From positions 1-37,031 of the forward strand of contig CBDCAF010000003.1 in the NCBI GenBank assembly GCA_965213675.1: a DNA stretch of 37,031 nucleotides. Reading direction: 5' to 3'. The DNA comes from an uncultured Candidatus Binatia bacterium. Its GTDB lineage: Bacteria; Desulfobacterota; Binatia; UBA9968; JAJDTQ01. Shown here piece after piece: positions 26,531 through 35,319 of this stretch. The notes under the pieces are model-generated. The model was not told where the DNA came from. It searched no databases and saw nothing but the letters and a program-made list of their open reading frames with translations. A program made the position numbers and the translations under genes. Every line of letters begins with the position of its first letter. Position 1 is the stretch's first letter.

Positions 26531-28159
26531 ATGGGTTACGCAGATCTGCATGAGCATTTGAAAATGCTCGAAGAGGCGGGGCATTTGCGCCGCATCCAAC
26601 AGAAGATCAACAAGGACACCGAGCTGCATCCGCTGGTGCGCTGGCAGTACCGGGGCGGGATTCCCGACGAGGAACGCAAGGCGTGGTATTTCTCCAACGT
26701 CACGGACTCGCGCGGTCGACGCTTCGACTTCCCCGTGGTGGTGGGCGCGCTGGCGGGCAGCAAGGCCATCTACTTCCTGGGCATGGGCTGCAACAGCGCC
26801 GAGGAGATGGACGCCAAGTGGAAGCATGCCCTCTCCAACCCCATTCAGCCCCAGGTGGTGGACAAGCCGGCGTGCCACGAGGTGGTGATGACCGGCGACG
26901 CCCTGGACAAGGACGGGCTCGACAAGTTCCCGGTGCCCATCTCCACCCCCGGCTTCGACAACGGGCCCTACACCACCTGCTCTCACTGGATCACCAAGGA
27001 TCCCGAGACCGGCATCGGCAACATCGGCAACTACCGCGGCCAGATCAAATCGCGCAACCGCGTGGGCGTGTTCCCTTCCGGGCTGGGACAGGACATCTAT
27101 CTCCACTGGAAGAACGCCCAGAAGCGCGGCGAGCCCCTTGAAGCGGCCTTGGTCATCGGCGCGCCGCCGGTGGTGTCCTACGTGTCCGTGCAGAAGGTGG
27201 ACTACGGCGTGGACGAGATGGCCATCGCCGGGGGCTTCGTGGGCGAGCCCATCCGCATGGCCCAGTGCAAGACCGTGGACCTGCAGGTGCCGGCGGAGTC
27301 GGAAATCGTCATCGAGGGGCGCCTCAATACCGAGTTCGTGGAGCCCGAGGGGCCGTTCGGCGAGTCCCACGGCTACATGCACCCGCGGCAGTTGAACCCG
27401 TTCATGGACGTCACCGCCATCACCCATCGCAAGAACGCCATCTACGTGTCGTGGCTGAGCCAGCTCACGCCCAGCGAATCGTCGGTCATCCGCAAGATCG
27501 GTTATGACCGCCTCATGCTGGTGCACCTGCGGGATCATTGCCGCATCACCAGCGTCACCCGCGTGGAGATGCACGAGCCGCTGACCAACACCTACAAGCT
27601 CGTCATCGTGCAGATGCGCAAGCCCAAGGAAGCCGAAGTGTGGCGCGCGCTGCACGCGGCGTCGTCGTTCCATCCCGGCGTCGGCAAGATCGTCATCGCG
27701 GTGGACGAGGACATCGATCCGTCGGACGAGGCGGCCGTCTTCTGGGCCATGTGCTACCGCATGAAGCCCCACCAGGACGTACAGATCATCGGCGGCATGG
27801 AGAAGGGACACGCTCCGCCGTTCCTGTACAACGATCAGCAGAAGGGCACGGACGTGGTGTCGTACCACCTCCCGGCGGACGAGTCCGGCATGCTGTGCAA
27901 CGCCATTCAGAAGGAGCCCTTCCCGCCGGTGTCCCTGCCCAAGCGGGAGTACATGGAGCACGCCCGGGAGCTGTGGGAGGAGTTCAACCTGCCGCCCCTG
28001 AAGCCCAAGATGCCATGGTATGGCTACTCCCTGGGCCAGTGGGACGACGAACTGGACGAGGAAGCCCGGCTGGCGGTGGAGGGCCGCTACTTCGAGACCG
28101 GCGAGAAGCTCAAGTCGCGCCGGGTCAAGGCCAGCGACGTGGAAGAGCAGGACCATTAG
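26531..28159 (+). CDS. UbiD-family (prFMN-dependent) decarboxylase
   Basis: YADLHEHL, ITKDPETGIGNIGNYR, VPAESEIVIEG, EGPFGESHGY and IAVDEDIDP. SD aggagg upstream. Confidence 0.94.
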   Translation: MGYADLHEHLKMLEEAGHLRRIQQKINKDTELHPLVRWQYRGGIPDEERKAWYFSNVTDSRGRRFDFPVVVGALAGSKAIYFLGMGCNSAEEMDAKWKHALSNPIQPQVVDKPACHEVVMTGDALDKDGLDKFPVPISTPGFDNGPYTTCSHWITKDPETGIGNIGNYRGQIKSRNRVGVFPSGLGQDIYLHWKNAQKRGEPLEAALVIGAPPVVSYVSVQKVDYGVDEMAIAGGFVGEPIRMAQCKTVDLQVPAESEIVIEGRLNTEFVEPEGPFGESHGYMHPRQLNPFMDVTAITHRKNAIYVSWLSQLTPSESSVIRKIGYDRLMLVHLRDHCRITSVTRVEMHEPLTNTYKLVIVQMRKPKEAEVWRALHAASSFHPGVGKIVIAVDEDIDPSDEAAVFWAMCYRMKPHQDVQIIGGMEKGHAPPFLYNDQQKGTDVVSYHLPADESGMLCNAIQKEPFPPVSLPKREYMEHARELWEEFNLPPLKPKMPWYGYSLGQWDDELDEEARLAVEGRYFETGEKLKSRRVKASDVEEQDH

Positions 28160-28229
28160 CCTGCCCGCCCGTGGCACGGGCGACCCAACCATCGCCCGTG
28201 CGCGACACGACACCAGCTTCGAGGAGACC

Positions 28230-29075
28230 ATGCAGATCAACTCCATGACGCTGTTGCATCCGGGCAACATGGGCGCCACCGTGGGCGCGGCCGTGGGTGG
28301 CGCCCGCGTGCTGTGGGTTTCCCAGGGGCGCCGGGAGGAGAGCCGGCGCCGGGCGCTGGAGGCCGGGCTGGTGGAGGTGGCGGCGCTGGCGGAGGCGATC
28401 CGCGAGAGCGACGCGGTGCTTTCCGTGTGCCCGCCCCACGCCGCCGAGGAGGTGGCCCGGGACGTGGCGGACCTGGGCTTCGCCGGGCTCTACATCGACG
28501 CCAACGCCGTGTCCCGGACCACGGCTGAGCGCGTGGGCGCCATCGTCGCCAAGGCCGGGGCGCGTTTCGTCGACGGCGGCATCATCGGCCCACCGGTACG
28601 CAAGCCGGGAACCACGCGCCTCTATCTTTCGGGCGACGGGGCGGAGTCCGTTGCTGCCTTGTTCTCCGGAGGTCCGCTCGACGCCAGGGTGATCGAAGGC
28701 GGACCGGGCGCGGCTTCCGCGCTGAAGATGACCTACGCCGCCTGGACCAAGGGCAGCGACGCGCTGATCCTCGCCATACGCGCCCTGGCGGCCAGTGAAG
28801 GGGTGGAAGCGGCGCTGCTGGAGGAATGGGCGGGGTCGCAGCCCGCCCTCGGACAGAAGAGTCAACGCGCGGCCACGGTGGCGGCGCCCAAGGGCTGGCG
28901 TTACGTGGGTGAGATGGAAGAGATCGCCGCCAGCTTCGAGTCCGCCGGACTCCCCGCCGGTTTTCACAAGGCCGCCGCGGAACTCTACCAGCGGCTGGCG
29001 CCGTTCAAGGACCGCACCGACCCCGGCCCCGGGATCAAGGAAGTCATTGACGTCCTCGCCGGAGGGAAGCGGTAG
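28230..29075 (+). CDS. NAD(P)-dependent oxidoreductase, 6PGD/3-hydroxyisobutyrate dehydrogenase-like with DUF1932-type C-terminus
   Basis: LHPGNMGA, YIDANAVS, FVDGGIIGPP, ASALKMTYAAWTKG and WRYVGEMEEIA. SD gaggag upstream. Confidence 0.9.
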   Translation: MQINSMTLLHPGNMGATVGAAVGGARVLWVSQGRREESRRRALEAGLVEVAALAEAIRESDAVLSVCPPHAAEEVARDVADLGFAGLYIDANAVSRTTAERVGAIVAKAGARFVDGGIIGPPVRKPGTTRLYLSGDGAESVAALFSGGPLDARVIEGGPGAASALKMTYAAWTKGSDALILAIRALAASEGVEAALLEEWAGSQPALGQKSQRAATVAAPKGWRYVGEMEEIAASFESAGLPAGFHKAAAELYQRLAPFKDRTDPGPGIKEVIDVLAGGKR

Positions 29076-29295
29076 CGAGGCGGTCTCCACCAAGCGCCGG
29101 ACACGGCGATCCCACGCTCAGGGTGTGCATGGAAACCGAAGGTTCGGACGCTGTCTTTCCGACGGCACAAGGCGTCCCAGGGACGGGCACGAAACTCGAT
29201 CGGCGCTCGACGCGGATGCTCGGTCAGCACGGCATCATTCCGGGTGCCGGACCGCGCCGGTGGTGGGTGCGCCGGTAACCGGGTATGATGGCCCC

Positions 29296-30015
29296 ATGTC
29301 CGTGCCCAAGGGTGCCGCCCTCGTCACCGGCGGAGCCAGGCGCATCGGCGCCGCCATTGCCACGGCGCTGGCGCGGCACGGCTACGACGTGGCGCTGCAC
29401 CACCACACCTCGGCGGAGCCGGCCGAACGCACGGCCCGGGACATCGAGGACCTCGGACGCCGGTGCCGCCTGTTCCGTTGCGATTTGAACGATTACGACG
29501 AAACGGCCGCCCTCGTCCCCAGGGTGCGGGAGCGTTTCCCGCGACTGAACGTACTGGTCAACAACGCCTCCATCTTCCAACGCGCCACGATCCGCGAAAC
29601 CGGGCGCGACCTGTTCGAACACCACCTCAACATCCATTTGAGGGCGCCCTTCTTTCTGACGCAGGCCTTCGCCGAGGGCTGCGCGGAGGGACAGATCCTC
29701 AACATCCTCGACACACGGGTGCGCGGCTCCGACCCCCGGCACGCCGCCTACACCCTGTCCAAGAAAGCGCTCCTCGAACTGACCCGCATGGCCGCGCGCG
29801 AGCTAGGCCCCGGCATCCGCGTCAACGGCGTGGCGCCCGGGATGATCCTGCCGCCGCCGGGCGGGGTGGCGGACGAACTGGAGCGACGCAGCGCCGGGCT
29901 GCCCTTGAAACGCATCGGCGACACGGCTAACGTGGTTGCCGCGGTGCTGTTCCTCATCGACAACCCCTTCGTCACAGGTGAATGCGTCTACGTGGACGGC
30001 GGGGAGAACCTGTAA
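29296..30015 (+). CDS. folM: SDR, pteridine/dihydromonapterin reductase (FolM/PTR1-like)
   Basis: TGGARRIG (the Arg variant typical of pteridine reductases), NNASIF and YTLSK; adjacent to fol genes. Confidence 0.78.
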   Translation: MSVPKGAALVTGGARRIGAAIATALARHGYDVALHHHTSAEPAERTARDIEDLGRRCRLFRCDLNDYDETAALVPRVRERFPRLNVLVNNASIFQRATIRETGRDLFEHHLNIHLRAPFFLTQAFAEGCAEGQILNILDTRVRGSDPRHAAYTLSKKALLELTRMAARELGPGIRVNGVAPGMILPPPGGVADELERRSAGLPLKRIGDTANVVAAVLFLIDNPFVTGECVYVDGGENL

Positions 30016-30033
30016 CCGCGTACTCCGTGTGCC

Positions 30034-30417
30034 ATGATCCACCGAAACCCGGTCAAGATCACCATCGAGAACCTGCGGCTGCGCACCATCATCGGCATCA
30101 ACGAGTGGGAGCGCCACACGCGGCAGGACGTGGTGGTCCACGTGGAACTCGAGTTGTTGCCGGGGACCGCCTTCACCCGCGACGCCATCGACGAAACCGT
30201 GGACTACAAGCGCCTCAACAAGCGCCTCATCGAGGAGGTGGAGGCGTCGTGTTTCTTTCTCATCGAGAGGCTGTGCGACCACATCCTCGGGTTGGTCATG
30301 GACGACCCCCGCGTCGCCCGCGCGCGCGTGCGGGTGGCCAAGCCGGGCGCGCTGCGCTACACCGATTCCGTGTCTGTCGAATGCTCGGCGGAGAGAGCCG
30401 GATCGGAGCGCCCATGA
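30034..30417 (+). CDS. folX: FolB/FolX-family tunnelling-fold pterin enzyme, closer to FolX by motif
   Basis: NLRLRTIIGINEWE..RQD, VDYK and KPGALRYTDSVSV (E. coli FolX has ALRYADSVS). Confidence 0.7.
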   Translation: MIHRNPVKITIENLRLRTIIGINEWERHTRQDVVVHVELELLPGTAFTRDAIDETVDYKRLNKRLIEEVEASCFFLIERLCDHILGLVMDDPRVARARVRVAKPGALRYTDSVSVECSAERAGSERP

Positions 30418-30797
30418 ACCGCGCCGTCATCGGCATCGGCTCCAACATCGAGCCCGAGCGCAACGTCGCGGAAGCGCGCCGTCACATCGCCCACCGGCAC
30501 GCGGTCGTGGCGGAGTCGCCATTCGTACGGACCCGCCCCGTGGGCTGCGTCGATCAGGCGGACTTCACCAACGGCGCGCTTCTGCTGGAAACCCCGCTGG
30601 ACCGGGAACGCCTGCGCGCTGAACTCAAGGGCATCGAGTCGCTGCTGGGACGCGAGCGCCGGGGCAACCGCTACGGCCCCCGAACCATTGATCTCGACAT
30701 CGTCGTGTGGAACGGCCGGGTCGTCGATCCCGACTTCTACACCCGCGATTTTCTCCGTCAGGCGGTGATGGCGGTGCTCCCGGACCTGGCATCGTGA
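30414..30797 (+). CDS. folK: 2-amino-4-hydroxy-6-hydroxymethyldihydropteridine diphosphokinase
   Basis: IGIGSNI, QADFTNG, LKGIE..LGR and YGPRTIDLDI. ATGA overlap with the upstream gene. Confidence 0.93.
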   Translation: MNRAVIGIGSNIEPERNVAEARRHIAHRHAVVAESPFVRTRPVGCVDQADFTNGALLLETPLDRERLRAELKGIESLLGRERRGNRYGPRTIDLDIVVWNGRVVDPDFYTRDFLRQAVMAVLPDLAS

Positions 30798-31798
30798 CGC
30801 GCGCGCGCCCAACGCGACCACGCCGGGCCGCCGTCGTCGCGCTGTCGCTTGCCGGCGTCCTGGCCACGGCCAACGGCTTTGCGGACCCGTTCACCGTCAC
30901 GGCAACCCCCATCGCGCTGGACCCGGCAAACGCCAGCGTCACCCGGGTCGGCCGCCTCGAGTTCCTGAGCGGATTCGAGCTGTCCTCCGACCACCGGCGC
31001 TTCGGCGGGCTTTCGGGCTTGAGCATCAGCCCGGACGGCAGGCGGCTGCGCGCCGTTTCCGACCGCGGCTACTGGGTCACCGCGGCGCTCACCCACGACT
31101 CCCAGGGCCTTGTGGCCGCATTCGACTCGTGGCGTGACGCGCCTCTGCGGACCCCCGCGGGCGCACCGACGGGGCCTTACGAACACGACGCGGAAGGGCT
31201 CGCGCGCGCTCCCGACGGTTCGTTCCTGGTCTCCTTCGAAGGCAGGCACCGGGTCTGGCGCTATCCGGCGAATCCGGGCGCGTACCCCAAGCTGGTTTCC
31301 ACGCCCCGGAGCCTGCGGCGGGCGCCCGTGAACGGCGGGCTCGAAGGGATCGCCATGCTGCCGGACGGCGCTCTCCTGGGCATCACCGAGAAGCACGCCA
31401 ATGGTGACGGCAGCCTCAAGGGCTGGTTCATGACGGCCGGCGCGGCCCACGAGTTCGCCTACATCCCCGCCGAGGGCTACAGCCCCACCGGCGTCGCGGC
31501 AACGCCCGGCGGCGACGTGCTGCTGCTTGAACGGAACTTCGATTTCCTGCGCATGCGCGTGCGCATCGTGCGCCTCCGGGGCGAGCGTCTGCGGCAGGCC
31601 CGGCGAACGCCGGGGAGCCGGATTCGCGGGGAATTGCTGGCGGACCTGAAACGTCCCTTGTCGGTGGACAACTTCGAGGGACTCGCCCTGCGGCGCGACG
31701 CCGCCGGACGGACATTGCTCTATGTCGTCTCCGACAACAACTTTCTGCCGCTGCAACGGACCCTGCTGCTTCAGTTCCGCGTGATTGATGATTCGTGA
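30794..31798 (+). CDS. Esterase-like activity of phytase family (beta-propeller) exported protein
   Basis: FGGLSGL, AVSDRG, DAEGL, VSFEG, NGGLEG, DNFEGLA and VSDNNF...QRTLLLQF; signal peptide; GTGA overlap with folK. Confidence 0.88.
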   Translation: MTRARPTRPRRAAVVALSLAGVLATANGFADPFTVTATPIALDPANASVTRVGRLEFLSGFELSSDHRRFGGLSGLSISPDGRRLRAVSDRGYWVTAALTHDSQGLVAAFDSWRDAPLRTPAGAPTGPYEHDAEGLARAPDGSFLVSFEGRHRVWRYPANPGAYPKLVSTPRSLRRAPVNGGLEGIAMLPDGALLGITEKHANGDGSLKGWFMTAGAAHEFAYIPAEGYSPTGVAATPGGDVLLLERNFDFLRMRVRIVRLRGERLRQARRTPGSRIRGELLADLKRPLSVDNFEGLALRRDAAGRTLLYVVSDNNFLPLQRTLLLQFRVIDDS

Positions 31799-31850
31799 AT
31801 TACCGATTAGTGTGGTGTCTGGCTGCTTCGCGAATCCACTGGGGGTGCAT

Positions 31851-32894
31851 ATGAGCGTTCAACAGGTCGAACAAAAGCCGCTGGAGAACCTGAGCCTTGA
31901 CGAACTGCGGCAACTCTTTCACGCGCGGGTCAAGCCCGAGGCCATCGAGCACGTGATGGGCGCGGCGGAGAGCGAATCCACGCTCAAACGCAACCGTACC
32001 GCCCTGGACCGGCTGCTGTTCCGCCAGCGCATCTTCCACGAGGTGACCGATCCCGACACCTCCGTGGAGTTGTTCGGGCGCCGGCTACCCTCGCCGGCGA
32101 TGATCGGCCCGGTGGGCAGCTTCCGGCTGGTGCGCAAGAACGGCGAGCACGAGGTGGCCGAGGGGGGCGACCTTTTCGGCACCATGGTGTTCATCAGCGG
32201 CGCCACCCAGTCCACGGTGGACCAGTGGGCGGAAGGCATCTCCACGCCGCTGGTGTACATGGCCTACCTCAGCAAGGGGCGGGACAAGGTGTTGAGCGCG
32301 GTGCGGCGCGCGGACGAGATCGGCTACGCCGCCGTCGGGCTCACCATGGACACGCTGCAACCCACCAAGTTGCGGGACCGTGTTCCCATGTCGTCGGACG
32401 GCAAGCCCCGCACCGTCCATCTGTCCTCGCCGGACGACGTCACCTGGCTCAAAAACGCGGTATCGGTCCCGGTGGTGGTGAAGGGGATCATGAACCCGGA
32501 CGACGCGCGCATCGCCATCGACGCGGGCGCCGACTGCCTGGTGGTATCGAACCACGGCGGGCGCATCCTGGACTTCAACCGCGCCGCCATCGAGGTGCTG
32601 CCGGAAGTGGTGGACGCGGCCGCCGGGCGCGTGCCGGTGCTGCTCGACAGCGGCGCGCGCCGGGGCGGCGACCTCGCCAAGGCGCTGGCCCTGGGCGCCA
32701 GGGCGGTGCTCCTGGGACGGCCCATCTGCTGGGGTCTGGGCGCCGCCGGACCCGAAGGGGTGGCGCGGGTGCTGACCCTGCTGACCGATGAACTGAGGCG
32801 TGTGATGATCATGACCGGCACGGCCACGATCCGCGACATCACGCCGGCGCTCCTGAGCCTGGACCCCGACAACGTCTGGTTCAGGGGTCTGTAG
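31851..32894 (+). CDS. FMN-dependent alpha-hydroxy acid oxidase/dehydrogenase family
   Basis: VVVKGI, VVSNHGGR, LDSGARRGGDLAKALALGA and LLGRP. Confidence 0.92.
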   Translation: MSVQQVEQKPLENLSLDELRQLFHARVKPEAIEHVMGAAESESTLKRNRTALDRLLFRQRIFHEVTDPDTSVELFGRRLPSPAMIGPVGSFRLVRKNGEHEVAEGGDLFGTMVFISGATQSTVDQWAEGISTPLVYMAYLSKGRDKVLSAVRRADEIGYAAVGLTMDTLQPTKLRDRVPMSSDGKPRTVHLSSPDDVTWLKNAVSVPVVVKGIMNPDDARIAIDAGADCLVVSNHGGRILDFNRAAIEVLPEVVDAAAGRVPVLLDSGARRGGDLAKALALGARAVLLGRPICWGLGAAGPEGVARVLTLLTDELRRVMIMTGTATIRDITPALLSLDPDNVWFRGL

Positions 32895-32935
32895 AGTCCC
32901 GAGCGGGCGACGCACCATTCGCAACGGAGGTCGAT

Positions 32936-33400
32936 ATGAGCGCTGAAGCGCGTCTGAAGGCACTGAACCTGAGCCTGCCGCCCACCCCCCGCCCCATGGC
33001 CAACTACGTCAGCGCGGTACGCACGGGGCCGCTGCTGTACCTCGCCGGGCACGGGCCCCTGGGCAACGACGGCAAGGCTATCTTCCACGGCAAGCTGGGA
33101 CGCGACCTGACCGTGGATCAAGGCTACCAGGCGGCGCGCCAGACGGCGCTCAACACCTTGGTCACGCTCCGAACGGAACTCGGCAGTCTCGACCGCGTGC
33201 GCCGCATCGTCAAGGTGCTGGGCATGGTCAACGCCGATCCCGGGTTTCACAAGACCCCGCAGGTGATCAACGGCTTTTCCGACCTGATGGTGGAGGTATT
33301 CGGCGCGGACATCGGCAAGCACGCCCGCTCCGCGGTGGGCATGGCGACGCTCCCCAACGGGATTCCGGTGGAGATCGAGTCCATCTACGAGGTCGAATGA
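32936..33400 (+). CDS. RidA/YjgF/UK114 family protein
   Basis: PMANYV, LAGHGP, INGFSDL and GKHARSAVGMATLP..IPVEIE. Confidence 0.93.
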   Translation: MSAEARLKALNLSLPPTPRPMANYVSAVRTGPLLYLAGHGPLGNDGKAIFHGKLGRDLTVDQGYQAARQTALNTLVTLRTELGSLDRVRRIVKVLGMVNADPGFHKTPQVINGFSDLMVEVFGADIGKHARSAVGMATLPNGIPVEIESIYEVE

Positions 33401-33534
33401 CGGCCCGCGCCGGCAAACGTCCCTCGACGCAACCTTCCGTGCCTTCGACGGAATGGTCGACATCCTGCCCGGCGCGACAGCTCTGAAACCCGCCAACCGC
33501 CTGGAAACACGCTGCCTTGCCGTGTCATGACCGT

Positions 33535-33550
33535 TGGCACGGAAGATGCT
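33535..33550 (+). promoter_or_regulatory. sigma54 (-24/-12) promoter upstream of the DegQ-like protease
   Basis: TGGCACGGAAGATGCT with GG-N10-GC spacing, ending 50 nt upstream of ATG 33601. Confidence 0.7.
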
Positions 33551-33600
33551 TTAACAACAGGCACCATCTGAGGCAGCATTTCCAGAGGGAGGTAAGCTCA

Positions 33601-35082
33601 ATGCTCAGCAAACCGTCTCGTTCCACGTTCATCAAGGCGTTGGGCGCGTGCGCCGTGATGCTCACCGTGATCGCCCTGGCCGGTGGGCTCGGCCGTCCGC
33701 CGCTCAACGCATCGACACAGACGGCGGCCCCCGAACCACGGCCGGTGAACACCATCGTCCAACTGGTCAAGGAAGTCAGCCCCGCGGTCGTCAACATCAC
33801 CGCCAAGGGCGAGACCCGCGCCGCCAGCCTGTCCCAACGCTTCGGCAATCAATGGCCCGAGGCGTGGCGCAAGTTCTTCGAGTCGCCGCCGTTCAACATG
33901 CCCAGCCCCTTCGGCATGCCGGAGGCGCCTTCCCGGCCGAGGAGGAGCCGTTCCTTCGGTTCCGGCGTGATCATTGACGCCAATGGCTTGATCCTCACCA
34001 ACCACCACGTGGTAGCCGGCCAGGAAAACATGGTCATCACCGTCGCCCTCTCCGACGACAACGAGTTCGAGGGCCAGGTCGTCGGCACGGACGAGAAGAC
34101 CGACATCGCGTTGATCCGCATCAACCCCGGTTACTCCCTGCCCACGGTGCCGCTGGGAAATTCCGACAGTCTGGAGATCGGTGAGTCCGTGCTCGCCATC
34201 GGCAATCCGTTCGGACTCGACCGCACGGTGACGTCGGGGATCGTCAGCGCCAAGGGACGCCGCATCGGCGCCGGCCCCTACGACAACTTCATCCAGACCG
34301 ACGCCTCCATCAACCCGGGCAACTCCGGCGGCCCCCTGATCAACCGTCGCGGCGAGGTGGTCGGCATCAACACCGCCATCTACAGCCGCGGCGGCGGCAA
34401 CGTGGGCATCGGCTTCGCCATCCCCATCAACCTGGTCAAGGAAGTGCTGCCGCAACTCCGGGATGACGGCCGGGTCACCCGCGGCTGGCTGGGCGTCTCG
34501 CTGCAGAAAGTGACGCCGCTACTGGCGGAATCGTTGGGTCTCGGCGAAGCCCGCGGCGCGCTCGTGGCCGAAGTCCTGGCGGATACCCCCGCACAAAAGG
34601 CCGGATTCCAGGCGGGTGACGTCATCCTGGACTTCGACCGCAATGCGGTCAAGGAGTCGGGCGATCTCCCGATGATCGTCGCCCGGACCCCGGTGGGCAA
34701 GGCGGTGGACGTGAACGTGTGGCGCGACGGCGACGAGAAGACCCTGCGCGTGGAGATCGGCGAGCTGCTGGACGAAAAGACCGTGGCCGCGGTGGAGCAA
34801 GGCTCGGACCTGGGACTGACCGTCCGTGAAGTGACGGAAAGCGTGGCCAAGCAGTTGTCCCTCGAACGCGTCGAGGGCATGCTCGTGACCGGGGTCAAGC
34901 CGGGCAGCCCCGCGGACGAGGCCGGACTGCGCCGGGGGGACGTGATCCTGGAGCTCAACAAGACGGGCGTCACCGACATGGCGTCCTACAAGAAGGCGCT
35001 GGAGAAGCTTGACCAGGGAGGCAACGCCCTGTTTCTCGTGCAACGCGGCGAGGCAAAGCGTTTCTTTGTCGCGAAGGGTTGA
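33601..35082 (+). CDS. Do/DegP/DegQ family serine endoprotease with 2 PDZ domains
   Basis: TNHHVV, TDIALI and QTDASINPGNSGG (catalytic triad), RGWLGV, two PDZ-like segments. Confidence 0.95.
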   Translation: MLSKPSRSTFIKALGACAVMLTVIALAGGLGRPPLNASTQTAAPEPRPVNTIVQLVKEVSPAVVNITAKGETRAASLSQRFGNQWPEAWRKFFESPPFNMPSPFGMPEAPSRPRRSRSFGSGVIIDANGLILTNHHVVAGQENMVITVALSDDNEFEGQVVGTDEKTDIALIRINPGYSLPTVPLGNSDSLEIGESVLAIGNPFGLDRTVTSGIVSAKGRRIGAGPYDNFIQTDASINPGNSGGPLINRRGEVVGINTAIYSRGGGNVGIGFAIPINLVKEVLPQLRDDGRVTRGWLGVSLQKVTPLLAESLGLGEARGALVAEVLADTPAQKAGFQAGDVILDFDRNAVKESGDLPMIVARTPVGKAVDVNVWRDGDEKTLRVEIGELLDEKTVAAVEQGSDLGLTVREVTESVAKQLSLERVEGMLVTGVKPGSPADEAGLRRGDVILELNKTGVTDMASYKKALEKLDQGGNALFLVQRGEAKRFFVAKG

Positions 35083-35237
35083 TCCGGACCGGCGCCGGAA
35101 CGATCCGGCAGCCGGCACACCGTGCCGGGAATGCGACCGTGGAAGGCCGATGGGACAGGTTGCGTCCCGTCGGCCTTGGTCCCGTGTCCCACCCGGCGTG
35201 GGTGGGACCTTCGCCACCGGCGGTTTGCCAGGGCCGT

Positions 35238-35265
35238 TTGCCAAGTCTCCGGCCGCTTGTATAAT
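35238..35265 (+). promoter_or_regulatory. sigma70 promoter of the histidine kinase gene
   Basis: TTGCCA-16 nt-TATAAT. Confidence 0.6.
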
Positions 35266-35319
35266 GCCATCGCGTGTGCGCCAACGACCACAGCCGCCTG
35301 AAAACCCTCGCTCACTGAC

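Noticed and set aside
33601-33650. Tat signal on the DegQ-like protease (SRSTFIK)
   Set aside because: It lacks the twin arginine; a Sec signal or membrane anchor is more likely.
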